The notes beneath the pieces were generated by a model that was given only the letters and a program-made list of their open reading frames with translations, searched no databases and had not been told where the DNA came from. A stretch of DNA of 64,000 nt. Origin: an uncultured virus (IMG/VR IMGVR_UViG_3300021962_000002). Lineage: Duplodnaviria > Heunggongvirae > Uroviricota > Caudoviricetes. Made by a program: the position numbers and the translations under genes. The stretch is from IMG/VR virus record IMGVR_UViG_3300021962_000002. One strand, 5' to 3'. Below, one piece after another: positions 23,901 to 28,607 of the stretch (within the stretch, counting starts at the first letter, position 1; every line of letters begins with the position of its first letter).

Positions 23901-25696
23901 CGTTTACTGCTGTAGATGGATTGGCGCGTGATGCAATGTATCGAACATTCCTTTCTCCAACATTCAATGTCATTAAGAAATTAATGGGAAATGTTGAGTT
24001 CAATGAAAACAGACAAATGATAACAACTCATGGATTTTTACATGGTGTTGCATCTGTTGAAATTGGATCAATTAAAAATGGTGAATACTTCCCGCATATT
24101 GCTTCTTACATTATGCACATGGTAGAGAAAAACATCAGAAATGACATGCCCAAGATGATTGATGACAGCATTTTGAGTGATATAATCAAAGTTGGAAACC
24201 TGTCAACGCTAGTAAGAGCATTGTTTAGCTTTATTCAACCAATTACAAACGGTGTTCTTCCAGCTTTTTCCAAGTTTGCAACAGTTGGAATGATGAACGC
24301 CTTTAGTTATAGAAGTTGGTTTGGTGCAACTCACAAATCGACAGAGGCCTTAGCTTCAGCGTATAAACATGCAATAATGGGTTACTCAAAACCTGATAGC
24401 GCTATTGCTAATTTCGTAAAAGAAAACAGCATTAACAGTTACAAATGGAAAGCTGAAGGAGCAAACATTAGAGAGACTCAAATTAGTCTGGCTAAATACC
24501 ATAAGGAAAACAGAATCAAGTATGGTAGTAGATGGCTCGCTGCTCGCGTTAGAAATGTTGGAGAAAAATCACTTGATATTACAATCGGTGGCCCAGAAAG
24601 AGCTAACGTCCAAGCAATTTTCACTTTTGAGCTATTCAATGAGCTTCAGCAAACAATGGGTGATAAAGCACCTAAGACAGTTGAGGAAATGTTCAAGATG
24701 AATCCAGATGACATTAGCACCTTGGCTAAAACTAAAGCCGACATCATGGTATCTGACTTCATGGGAATGAGCGACAAAGCTAAGAAAGCTCAAATTTATA
24801 ACCTTGATGTTAAGCGCCCAATGCTTAGCTTGATAACCTCTGGACTTACTAGATTCGGAAACCACAAGTTGACTACCAATGCGAACTTAATGGTTTATGG
24901 AAAGCACTTGTTCAAGAGAGCTACAGGTAATGACAGATATGACCTGAACATTACAGCAAGTGCTGTTGAAAATGTTGCTGGAACATTGATTCAAAACATT
25001 CTTTACCATTACGCCAAGGCTCAAGTCATGGTTCCTGTTTTGACCTGGGCTGCTGCTGCGTTGACAACATTTGTTTCCGAGTTCTTTGATGAAGATGAAC
25101 CAGATGAATCCAAACTAGAAGTCATCAACGAAAGGTATTATGATTGGCTTGAAGCAATCACCCAAGCAACTCCAGATGGATTGTTCTTATTCAACTGGAT
25201 AAAAGAATGGGCATTCCCTTATATGAGCGCATACGAAAGCATTGATGAGGGTATTGGAAGTGGACTTACTGGAACTCTTGGCAAGGCAACTGAAAATGCT
25301 CTATGGGAAACAACTGGATTTGTCCCTGCTATTGGCGCGGCCCTTGGTTTGCCAGCAGTAGAGTCAGTTGTAAAGGTTGTTGGAAGTTATGGATTTAACC
25401 AGATTGTTCCAGCTGATGAGGAAGAATTCATGGATAAAGTAAAGAGTGATCGCGACAGATTGCGTCAAGCAGAAAGAGCGTTCTCAACATTTACTTCTCC
25501 AATTTCCGAACCTTATGAAGCAACAAGGGATATGAGTGCAGTATTTCTGAACTATATGTCACCTAAGGATGGATACGATGGTATCTCTACTCAGGAATTT
25601 GTATATGGGTTGCTTAGTCAGTCAATTGGAACGAGAGAGGCTAAATCCAATCAATCCAGAAGACATAAAGAAGATGGAGGATGGGGAGGTTACTAA
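8966..25696 (+). CDS. Giant (5576 aa) polyvalent/ejection protein with a Gly/Ala-rich hydrophobic region, a putative ART-like domain and zincin-like motifs
   Basis: Uninterrupted 16.7-kb ORF. HGT..SILKDG..FYT near aa 937; HEVFH at aa 1476; degenerate EEILH near aa 2002; amphipathic Gly/Ala segments at ~aa 400-780 and the C-terminus. Confidence 0.65.
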   Translation: MTDPFNESKKGFITFEKNSEYSYLNQPIAKPVEATKVEEKEEEKFTPETYGDYGIKIPDPLNPFKMFDSNEWANNPDSREEAALKVTENYYNELMKPEATVPAIVDGQLKQVQASEAGRLTKAGLHAYDNSLQLIGMAQQREDGGFRLNPMTGKKDFAFGSKNLTPYDPEKDKDSQKRQADKNGYGASDYELSNKEIFGRDHVSSVIDAYAQKNDLDIEDLKPESITPERFVQIRDSLREGDPSGGAFEVTKKINGSNDAVLDDEARKEYADALGYYTKEKQLGDKLVDMYNGQPVINYEKLTDLNKFEEAVNSLQMPAVDKARFLTTFKRNFEQDAARILMEQQLGSSAPELVFAATPVGAAATYVGLMDGENEIQKWAREGNKTAYEFLKENPFFSQDTPYVVSALRRVGLRTVNSFQNTALGASALGLGFVGAVAEKVGAEGVSDLAREAGMSMIEAGAYSGNVLTAGAKYDGGINEGFLGITDEDLYSVVGQVLETVATGGASLLVKGAIKGGTTSLAKMTLKESLEFGAAKASQSIAKRQTAGFATKAAIKAKEAAISLWTNSSKVKLAENILATSLQGSFGSAGQALSSSYGEAIDKGMSREDALAEATGKATANGLATFAAMSLMNMVAPGVEKILMSPETLVGAGQAIKNTLASRAARKSISAGLTDVIGDKAVRTALSKGVADAVRGQVSKEGIGGFIGAVVLNGAAEGLEEMIDTALATTLDAYMNNSPEARKEFESGGLWLDVIKSGIMGAMMGSGVNAVSLTSKDKKEMAIKSKDSMNDYLQKKLPMLSPSLQSKVFVSQKDKSQPQMAQTIQQILQTGDLNQKVEALANLGNIAAVNAFTPQTTVTPTGAIVPTSKSGVTSTATTPSTTLQTTINPTDPGSTPTADETPQMPDFGNIENESFYDAVESLELSGSDANGENWQAHGTDQESSVLSILKDGPKTSNGSTFYTGPITGSSVGGVNTKISAKYLIVGKKGTKIRTKDEIAGVVVNPQPSESKAAYERRLSDIRAKLEPLGHAVFTPRDYANYVSTNESLPAPAAPAQAPKLDLANQPSPNLPPKATTNAPPAPSRKDYASRDEYNQAADEWFDAYAKTHNEDGSPIQPTILDETAKKALAFLGDKTYDDAIDAVGTGIGSDLGAGLTLLINDGWVWDDTQNKMVDPKGRGETPFEARIRIQNTQATPAAPTKTSNQPTVTQTSFKLSNKSGVTVEVKTLVEDEKKLAGYAYEEAHDKSISGDKIEPTKTEDVTSKGKTYKITTYSIDGKPADLHSIEVDNDGNPVIADYTGETTTKFYNKAELVKLLSLSKFAQSVIKDDNDFKSEAKDVAPKEKVEIQAKKPEKKPDLQPEEKQEKKKEAPKSEAPKPLPVKKSDEVTESEIDGEDKLPTRHKGTIKKFIKVLNKLGIKVYVRENNTELNKFLTENNAQAVEDNAMAATIINGKPAIVINAEQVGKLQDLLTGMKHEVFHTIEIAFRETPEGKRLYDLINKKKLLQDKKLVEFMQREYSSKFAELDETNAFYEVMRAFIAGKLHGETFTYKPFLEYLKAFINHVRKLVKGDKELTNYVDKLSQYYENAVKDADKELGLSVASTGVFKNLMSSIANKAKDLTKSKAKEGKAIQATTANESDIDDLVNDLLIEINNAYEDNANPDDIFNYVVKTIDNRLIGTDVGLDSYSKTKVFEMVLGALNTESSTPELKGLFENKIADLGKEKSPVIALPASQVENMEPVKKRLDLAGWTGIRRFVSGVREDGLTRNQPDVMSLNDDTKLPFTNAFIEFAMDPVTQKYPDHDLKFGDAMESINAAGVVDGYLIYSHSIETFNPETNTGYITHRFMKSPALKPNGKISPFFSVKQSQYAREFYDMVTDSNVIATMFTPTNEGVMITSPEGLIKLVFESLTSNRTKAENGKTPEAFLKQGDKDIKFADIFEFVAKDNKDGTSPFYYKDGKIVVNTAKLARNFSFIKEEALSTKEQKTSVALMVASTVRAAIEEEILHFATIGVFAGDNNPKTGVNKLVEFYDELEKLGYFNDMIDQIREMQGIDNAGASLTNEEKIVIAAEVMSFTHQRATNGATYGDEYQRLYDGMYARGEQGGNALATARQYGQTLNNILQARAATSFMSPRMQEMLEKLNKAKVELGVNQRLNNSDQLAANYLSEQYQLNRGNMQKSIDEAFMNDSFAVEEFRAELKEINIPIRQVINIDFEKGTIDINPDFADYYREKYGIDKYDSILSYFSRLNEQSVAKDLAKSVKSARQVMDAMRMSLDVNNELDNLATQLVNGNFDQVINYLEGYSQQEGKIVFDSLIQLAQSFEFNDSISLATEKDKAMIKNFYDAATRSDMAYVGYQPTTGPAISPWRTNAIAAENAKRRFRHKSGFIDLLDQLVPRGGVDYYSDSDTDYINKAIAQLVPQDIIMQGHDAVINELYKVFKNENILPNIKNARSANINKKKQTQVISLLTNKNTSVENGGVLPSYAPFIASVNSYNDLVVNFDEIILNKNLTRVNEFGREFVSLDNLLPESSNGERRLAFGVDFEPNIFGYSNEYPSNVIIDRLYVGNMRKKGENEDVIEATAQWQRSFLGRYTSSDRERYPEKPMTVESNAAKAGEEDYNRYMMGRIAGAPLLITKLDDNGNEFLSDVSYDDYYKTMGFQPVVNNVRIFDGYADPALLNENLLKFSISDRSIELTKNFSVKMRQLNSDAAIKTFARDAGSLDIAINKITEMLFDGNEAGIRIDDWFNIISSLIGYNKKTGEATVVRSIDGRETFASKFADQMIFRMFGKEDNRSKNLQEYIELLNKAYKALRPGEFKDAGKLNAEEKRVIIDELPIFLELVDAANRDIGLGRKAYSRFRSRFLTGTINADIRLIQEQGAEGIRANEELVKSIADSYYDIQAMFDVEWHSNYLTNGGPIGYQGLTALQLMDEFARIPSSATNEFFVKGKMPTKVGYLLDYYNNMQEAYGSVRKKDADGKSGYALDNLIFNPIERPADSPSELDEEFNADIAARPSEFTETLNALPQGYEGTTEQLDANRRKDLVEEQKRLKSWATHTALAIFQSIPSTANSIFKRAVTPDRAKLFFYLFAKAQDMGATIEDKRTTQGALNALVGEQMTQLSSIYGTLKQEVNPFADIAGKVMTYNHPYEFLMDVAEVIAGKERQFVDEQRALAGTLASSIVPQLRNNASNELLNNQRSSQEILDSLQEDLDKGELRPGTLFNARMFQLGNANSMLDSSLLMNAPLFSMLLQAMPNLVVYQPAQYTGKTSNVSKNVDIAYLDNGDAVLYIDNAMGLGSSQQQEILEKLLIERIGQERANGASGLESVINFTAENIRKQIRYAFNITPARIESMVAKAEKALRSINGMPPEAIKPLIEKYRASIEAEAAEKMSLLTRHLSPSRFAENAYGLSSIDAKGFLQTILALDQASAMIMGVKTIVGKPNLFDNLRLVTEMFTNPEAYDVLSKIKAPEADLITDKVNERYEAFIESALNRFQAKEVQSSMVFEIAMDQGRSSLTQMEDDVTSINEMDLTDYADPSYIATFLTQAFEATFNGESTDRSYSEIQQLVKRVNGIDSTLIRNMIDKLLLQEAAKNTSQRMDYRDVDTVSNILAEADYKPDFMYRYVASELINALSPASDYAGTIEDLNDLPRENSAYNIIKSGAFPLLVDNVGNTKSSSYGNLTNFYYGKSPLTELFERKRKNEFVNLLASETPKAQEVLQNQINKLGRTDASSKTIDLNVFESDDLLFKIRQSIEKLVGSANINQAIANIGRLKQRNEELNNGALERIKDIDEEIKSLQESGLGFVELMMFQNAGKKLTDASEVMDRVASAIAGLVADKQMKLQNHSTRISNSLQSNSSEYIDDYNQYVTNVYSIDSEIKKLIESNQETPLDTQSYQSAINNLISSRDSLAIKANNETSLIADSIAQEILSNVVNGAFGLIPPVAEMTAFIKSNYMAGMRIWEIGSVDVTSPTPLGAYLSSTFFSKSAKTRTARNLFSANTISRMLDGYMASSDLKDRIDSIMSSNNKLFSQLKKDKKLDKVIKKAVADNSNVFDRDLIKKNVASAILNSDVIVESLNNEFSFGFGDLIDNLDNKDADSGLIAESEESIGLHNSARVINLLLAERKQLQKTINQRQDEVSNDKQVFMQLRKKVRFDEEATLQRVDRVGPSFNMLINLVYDPSILDDTTVNQDRKAEAQLQMQIIQEAARLFIEREGEAMYRAINEDVDVFGLGFDLDQNIQRVISIADIRNKMERVAKGTYADFADAAFDDEMDSANTKAKQMFGVTVRDMITHNLSPVVVTTKDKVVDGVTYPMELVNIKVINRNARFATERDQLRKLALFIEDEYTTSVYMPTTTKLENQPTKTYLTYNQDAQSELKRIKEQSGAKWSVDEQFKGIIFRASLNPGANGKGGLKTQTHKDIDVDLNKPINDKLAAATKVDPNTTVKQFIKLAKKNFSGFFIQNTIGEPISDFAQGVGVIGTIKPVNKLKDEDIEDVFAEIHSFASNANNKQVLQTSGMEFLTKSKNQYSKDEQKAIIEKAYGIVIKENSFLDPQSKASHALLLNEAQLTDVINMINSEDMVGKYDKFKTYVDEAVDSIEKLFSINESIAKSTAVAPYNLSRAILDLDLSHNYSRLFSVLYASNTMYRLVAGAINPEVSDNMLSNLTVHENALMRRKFSGGIGSYNEALNLVGVIDHGLNGSSGRNRFNAEYQSFQNKMGVASKDLNNDYLNGARAMLIASLKGIKIANKKDGGSERDYIRKVNQWAYMFKAGYKDYKKIDENKAKFNQNANKLSRITSKLKPIGRKQSKEGAATEELYSLLERNINSLASIINLGTLKESDMDAAIAAMISKLETGLSQEQVSAVNKYSDALLEEFGDIYDAHRIANTFASRDNRVIISEDKLKSVTKVSDALGRPYSILPLKTGFVRNPLNTADNEFDESSLSINEFIGFDRSSLNYKGKRSLTVQENVGDPLRPIDLNPFTAVDGLARDAMYRTFLSPTFNVIKKLMGNVEFNENRQMITTHGFLHGVASVEIGSIKNGEYFPHIASYIMHMVEKNIRNDMPKMIDDSILSDIIKVGNLSTLVRALFSFIQPITNGVLPAFSKFATVGMMNAFSYRSWFGATHKSTEALASAYKHAIMGYSKPDSAIANFVKENSINSYKWKAEGANIRETQISLAKYHKENRIKYGSRWLAARVRNVGEKSLDITIGGPERANVQAIFTFELFNELQQTMGDKAPKTVEEMFKMNPDDISTLAKTKADIMVSDFMGMSDKAKKAQIYNLDVKRPMLSLITSGLTRFGNHKLTTNANLMVYGKHLFKRATGNDRYDLNITASAVENVAGTLIQNILYHYAKAQVMVPVLTWAAAALTTFVSEFFDEDEPDESKLEVINERYYDWLEAITQATPDGLFLFNWIKEWAFPYMSAYESIDEGIGSGLTGTLGKATENALWETTGFVPAIGAALGLPAVESVVKVVGSYGFNQIVPADEEEFMDKVKSDRDRLRQAERAFSTFTSPISEPYEATRDMSAVFLNYMSPKDGYDGISTQEFVYGLLSQSIGTREAKSNQSRRHKEDGGWGGY

Positions 25697-25724
25697 TTTT
25701 TATTAGCCCTCCCATTTTATCCAG

Positions 25725-26087
25725 TTAGACATCCATTGATCTTGCTGTATTAATCAAAATATACGCTGACTCTATGCGCTTCTTGATAATTTCACAGCGT
25801 ATAGCAGTCAGCGGTTTTTTTGACTCAAAGAACTTGATGGCATCAATTAGTAATGGAACTACCCTTAACACCTCCAGCTTTACCGTAGATGGCGTTATAA
25901 GAGGCAATGAGGGCAGGGATGGGCTATTTGGGTATGTTGACTCTACTCCTTGTTGAAGATTTCTAGAATCGCCATTTATGTCTTCTTGTTGCGCTACAAT
26001 GTCAGGCTCGCTGTAATTCTCAAGTTCTGGTGGTGCGGCAATAGTTTCCTCATCAATGATGGGTTTCGGTTTTCTTAGTTTAGGCAT
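25725..26087 (-). CDS. Hypothetical protein
   Basis: 120-aa ORF, last gene of the - strand block, convergent with the giant gene. Confidence 0.6.
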   Translation of the reverse strand: MPKLRKPKPIIDEETIAAPPELENYSEPDIVAQQEDINGDSRNLQQGVESTYPNSPSLPSLPLITPSTVKLEVLRVVPLLIDAIKFFESKKPLTAIRCEIIKKRIESAYILINTARSMDV

Positions 26088-26105
26088 AAGTTGTTTGTAA
26101 AGGTT

Positions 26106-26198
26106 TGCGGTGGTTAAGTTGCTGCCGCATCAGCTGTGCATTAGGACTCTCTTAACCTAGAGCTACAAAGGGAAATACGAAAACCCTCCATTAGCACA
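26106..26198 (-). ncRNA. Candidate structured cis-RNA with loop-loop pseudoknot
   Basis: UGUGC/GCACA closes hairpins GAGGG/CCCUU and GCUCU/AGAGU. Loop GGUUAAG is complementary to CUUAACC in the loop of the downstream UGCGG/CCGCA hairpin. Confidence 0.5.
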
Positions 26199-26221
26199 AA
26201 TCTTTAGTCGGCTAAAGCCGA

Positions 26222-26509
26222 TCATGAATTAAAGAAATTTGTTTTTGGATTTGTAAACCAGCCTTCGTCTTTAGCGGCTGAACTATTTTCATGAACCCAT
26301 CTATGACACTCTTCACACAAAGGAACTACTACACAACAAAACTCTCTTGTTGTGCGCTTGAATGGATGGTGTGGCTCAAAGTCTCCACCAAAATGCTTCC
26401 AGTTATTGCCACGCATACGGCAACGAGCACAGGCAGCAGGAATATACACTTCAAGTATGCGCTTATACTGCTCAAGCCATTCTTTCCTTTTGTCTGATAT
26501 TCTTTTCAT
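26222..26509 (-). CDS. Small HNH endonuclease-like protein
   Basis: CARC..EPHH..VPLCEECHRWVH. Confidence 0.7.
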   Translation of the reverse strand: MKRISDKRKEWLEQYKRILEVYIPAACARCRMRGNNWKHFGGDFEPHHPFKRTTREFCCVVVPLCEECHRWVHENSSAAKDEGWFTNPKTNFFNS

Positions 26510-26525
26510 TGATGGTGAATAAGGA

Positions 26526-26615
26526 GACTTCTAGTGTCATGTTTTCAAGTCACGGAGACAGGCACTCTTCCCATTTAAGGGATTTATCCTGGGTCGCCAC
26601 CCCAGCCTAGAAGTC
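26526..26615 (-). ncRNA. Candidate multi-stem structured RNA
   Basis: Perfect 9-bp closing stem GACUUCUAG/CUAGAAGUC enclosing CUGGG/CCCAG, UCCC/GGGA and UGUC/GACA hairpins; fills the whole intergenic gap; strand inferred from flanking genes. Confidence 0.5.
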
Positions 26616-26622
26616 AAATTTG

Positions 26623-27273
26623 TTATTGCCCGTATCCCAAGGCTTCCAAGGTGTTCTTAAATGGCTGATTAGGAAGTTGATGAATAGTGTGAAGCATGAT
26701 CTGAACAATGTCTCTTGTCTCTTGTTGAGTGTCTGGTTTGAGACGCAGATTGAATAGATGGATAAATGCCGCTAATGATCCAGTCCAAATAAACTTTGTC
26801 ATCAAACATAGAGGCAGATGGCATCGAGCTTGTTCTTTCGCTACGCCAAAATCAACCATCATGTTGTAGATTCTCTTGGCTTCATTAATAAGCTTCTCTA
26901 CATCTTCAACAAAAACCTCATTTACTGTATTGCTTACATTACCAGAACTCCCTTGCTTGCTATCTTTGGACTGGTAACGATATCGCGTTGGTTGTTCATA
27001 CTCATCTGAGAAGTCAACATAACGACCACTGATGCTATTAGCAGTAAGACCAACCTGATGCTTGAAAAGCTGACGCTCAACATAAATTGGACATTCAATT
27101 CTAAACTGTAACTGTGGATGACGCAGCGGAGACATATGCTTATGATCAATCAAGAACTTGATTAACTTAGCGTCTTTGTCGCTGAATTCTTTTGACTCTT
27201 TATCATAGCTAACGCGAGCCGCATTGACGATCATAAGGTCGTCTCCAAAGTGATTCAGTAATTCTACTTTCAT
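26623..27273 (-). CDS. thyX: Flavin-dependent thymidylate synthase
   Basis: NAARVSY, HMSPLRH, RQLFKHQ..NSISGRY, KEQARCHLP, LRL..TQQE. Confidence 0.92.
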   Translation of the reverse strand: MKVELLNHFGDDLMIVNAARVSYDKESKEFSDKDAKLIKFLIDHKHMSPLRHPQLQFRIECPIYVERQLFKHQVGLTANSISGRYVDFSDEYEQPTRYRYQSKDSKQGSSGNVSNTVNEVFVEDVEKLINEAKRIYNMMVDFGVAKEQARCHLPLCLMTKFIWTGSLAAFIHLFNLRLKPDTQQETRDIVQIMLHTIHQLPNQPFKNTLEALGYGQ

Positions 27274-27434
27274 GATTCTAATAACAATAACATTTTTAAA
27301 GCTCTTTCTGTAATCCTACTTGCTGGTTCTCCAGTCTTTTCGCTAAGTAATTTTAGTTCTGAGATTACATGCGGTGACAATGTTAATGCAAGTTCCTTCC
27401 TTTGTAATTCTTTTTTAATTCGAGGCCTCCCCAT
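27270..27434 (-). CDS. Ribbon-helix-helix DNA-binding protein
   Basis: MGRPR..ELALTLSPHVISELKLLSEKTGEPASRITERAL; start moved to ATG 27434. Confidence 0.65.
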   Translation of the reverse strand: MGRPRIKKELQRKELALTLSPHVISELKLLSEKTGEPASRITERALKMLLLLES

Positions 27435-27565
27435 GTTTTTATGTGTAATGGTCTTAATAAAATATTTAAGTGATGCGTTCTTTTTGCCGTGTGCATCAAT
27501 CACCGCTGCGACGTGTGAAAAACGGGATAATCGTTCATACAGCTTGCTCCCCCTCTTATGGTTTC

Positions 27566-27681
27566 CCACACTCCAACCCCAGATCAGGTCGCTAATAGAA
27601 CTCTGCCAGACAAGGCTGTTAGCAGTGTTGCACCACCGCAGGTAAAAGTTCTATCCCCTCATTGCTGGAGCTGGAGTGTGG
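27566..27681 (-). ncRNA. Kink-turn/box C-D-like structured RNA, copy 1
   Basis: 17-bp outer stem (2 G-U pairs, which set the strand), core CAAUGAGGG / AGCGACCUGAU, inner stem AUAGAACUUU/AGAGUUCUAU; paralog at 43151-43252. Confidence 0.75.
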
Positions 27682-27683
27682 TG

Positions 27684-27920
27684 TCGGTCTTGCACCCGAC
27701 TTTGGCGTCACAATTGATTAGTGAGAATCTGCACACCTACATTTCTCAATTTAACTCTGGTTTTACGCGTATGGAGAGATACTACCACATCTTACGTTAA
27801 GTAATTCTCCAGGGCTAAATTGAGAAGACATACTTTAAGCGGTATGTCAGCGCCTTACATAGTCAGCATCCAAATACCTACCAAGTAATACTGCCATCAT
27901 CTAATAACAGTAACTGACTA
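27684..27920 (-). ncRNA. Densely structured region 3' of tRNA-Met
   Basis: Stems 27684-27701, 27743-27760/27809-27826 (18 bp), 27827-27848 and 27860-27866/27914-27920. Confidence 0.55.
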
Positions 27921-27928
27921 AATAAAAT

Positions 27929-28002
27929 TGGTTGCGGGAGAAGGAGTTGAACCTTCGGTTCGGGCTTATGAGACCTGCGTGTTACCGTTACACCATCCCA
28001 CA
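27929..28002 (-). tRNA. tRNA-Met (CAT), initiator-like sequence, encoded CCA
   Basis: TGTGGGATGGTGTAACGGTAACACGCAGGTCTCATAAGCCCGAACCGAAGGTTCAACTCCTTCTCCCGCAACCA folds as a cloverleaf. Initiator versus elongator versus Ile2 identity is not certain. Confidence 0.9.
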
Positions 28003-28007
28003 TTAAA

Positions 28008-28490
28008 TTAATTGCGAGCTTTTAACCTGCGCTCGATCTCACGATTAACATACCAAGCTGCTTTACGCAAGTCTTCTATGTCATTTTCTTTATCGTCTGC
28101 TCTCCAAATATATTTGATTGCGTTTCCAAGACAGAAGTTTAGATGCTCTGTCACTTGAATGCATTCAATACCAGATGGATGAGATTTGTAATGACTAGGG
28201 TGATTAACCTTGTCTTCAACCTTGAGATAACTCACGCACTTTCTGTATTCATCTAACCAGAAATAACTCCCCTCAGGAGTTTTACTCCAAATGAAACCGT
28301 AATATATTGCATCTTTCAAGCAATTGACTTTTTCGTTTTCAAAACTAGCAGGTGGATATAATTTGCAATTAGCAATAGCCAAGTCCCTTATTTTTTCATC
28401 AGGGATTTCTTTCAACCATTCAATTATCGACTTTTCTTTTTGCATAGCTCTGCTGTTTCGGGTCTTGTTCCTGGGTTTTCTTTTAGCCAA
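28008..28490 (-). CDS. DUF3310-like domain protein
   Basis: C-terminal DKVNHPSHY..IECI..FCLGNAIKYIWRA..EDLRKAAWY; start uncertain (TTG). Confidence 0.75.
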   Translation of the reverse strand: MAKRKPRNKTRNSRAMQKEKSIIEWLKEIPDEKIRDLAIANCKLYPPASFENEKVNCLKDAIYYGFIWSKTPEGSYFWLDEYRKCVSYLKVEDKVNHPSHYKSHPSGIECIQVTEHLNFCLGNAIKYIWRADDKENDIEDLRKAAWYVNREIERRLKARN

Positions 28491-28607
28491 CTAAAGAGTT
28501 CCTTGTGGTTTCTTTGTGGTGATTGCATCAGTCTTTGGATGCGCATTGGTGGACCATCCATAGGATAGCGTTTCTTTCCTTTTTCTCTTTGGTATATTGT
28601 TTTCATA

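Noticed and set aside
8966..25696. Virion RNA polymerase (N4- or crAss-like) inside the giant protein
   Set aside because: No DxDGD or recognisable single-subunit RNAP motif found by eye; cannot be excluded without structure prediction
325..26216. Apparent ~5.2-kb spacing of palindromes (325, 5494, 15695, 21044, 26203)
   Set aside because: The expected site near 10.6 kb is missing and spacing is irregular beyond 26 kb; too few points to claim periodicity
27435..27800. N-terminal extension of the RHH ORF and + strand ORFs 27433-27645 and 27558-27800
   Set aside because: They overlap the structured RNA region; the RHH domain starts at ATG 27434
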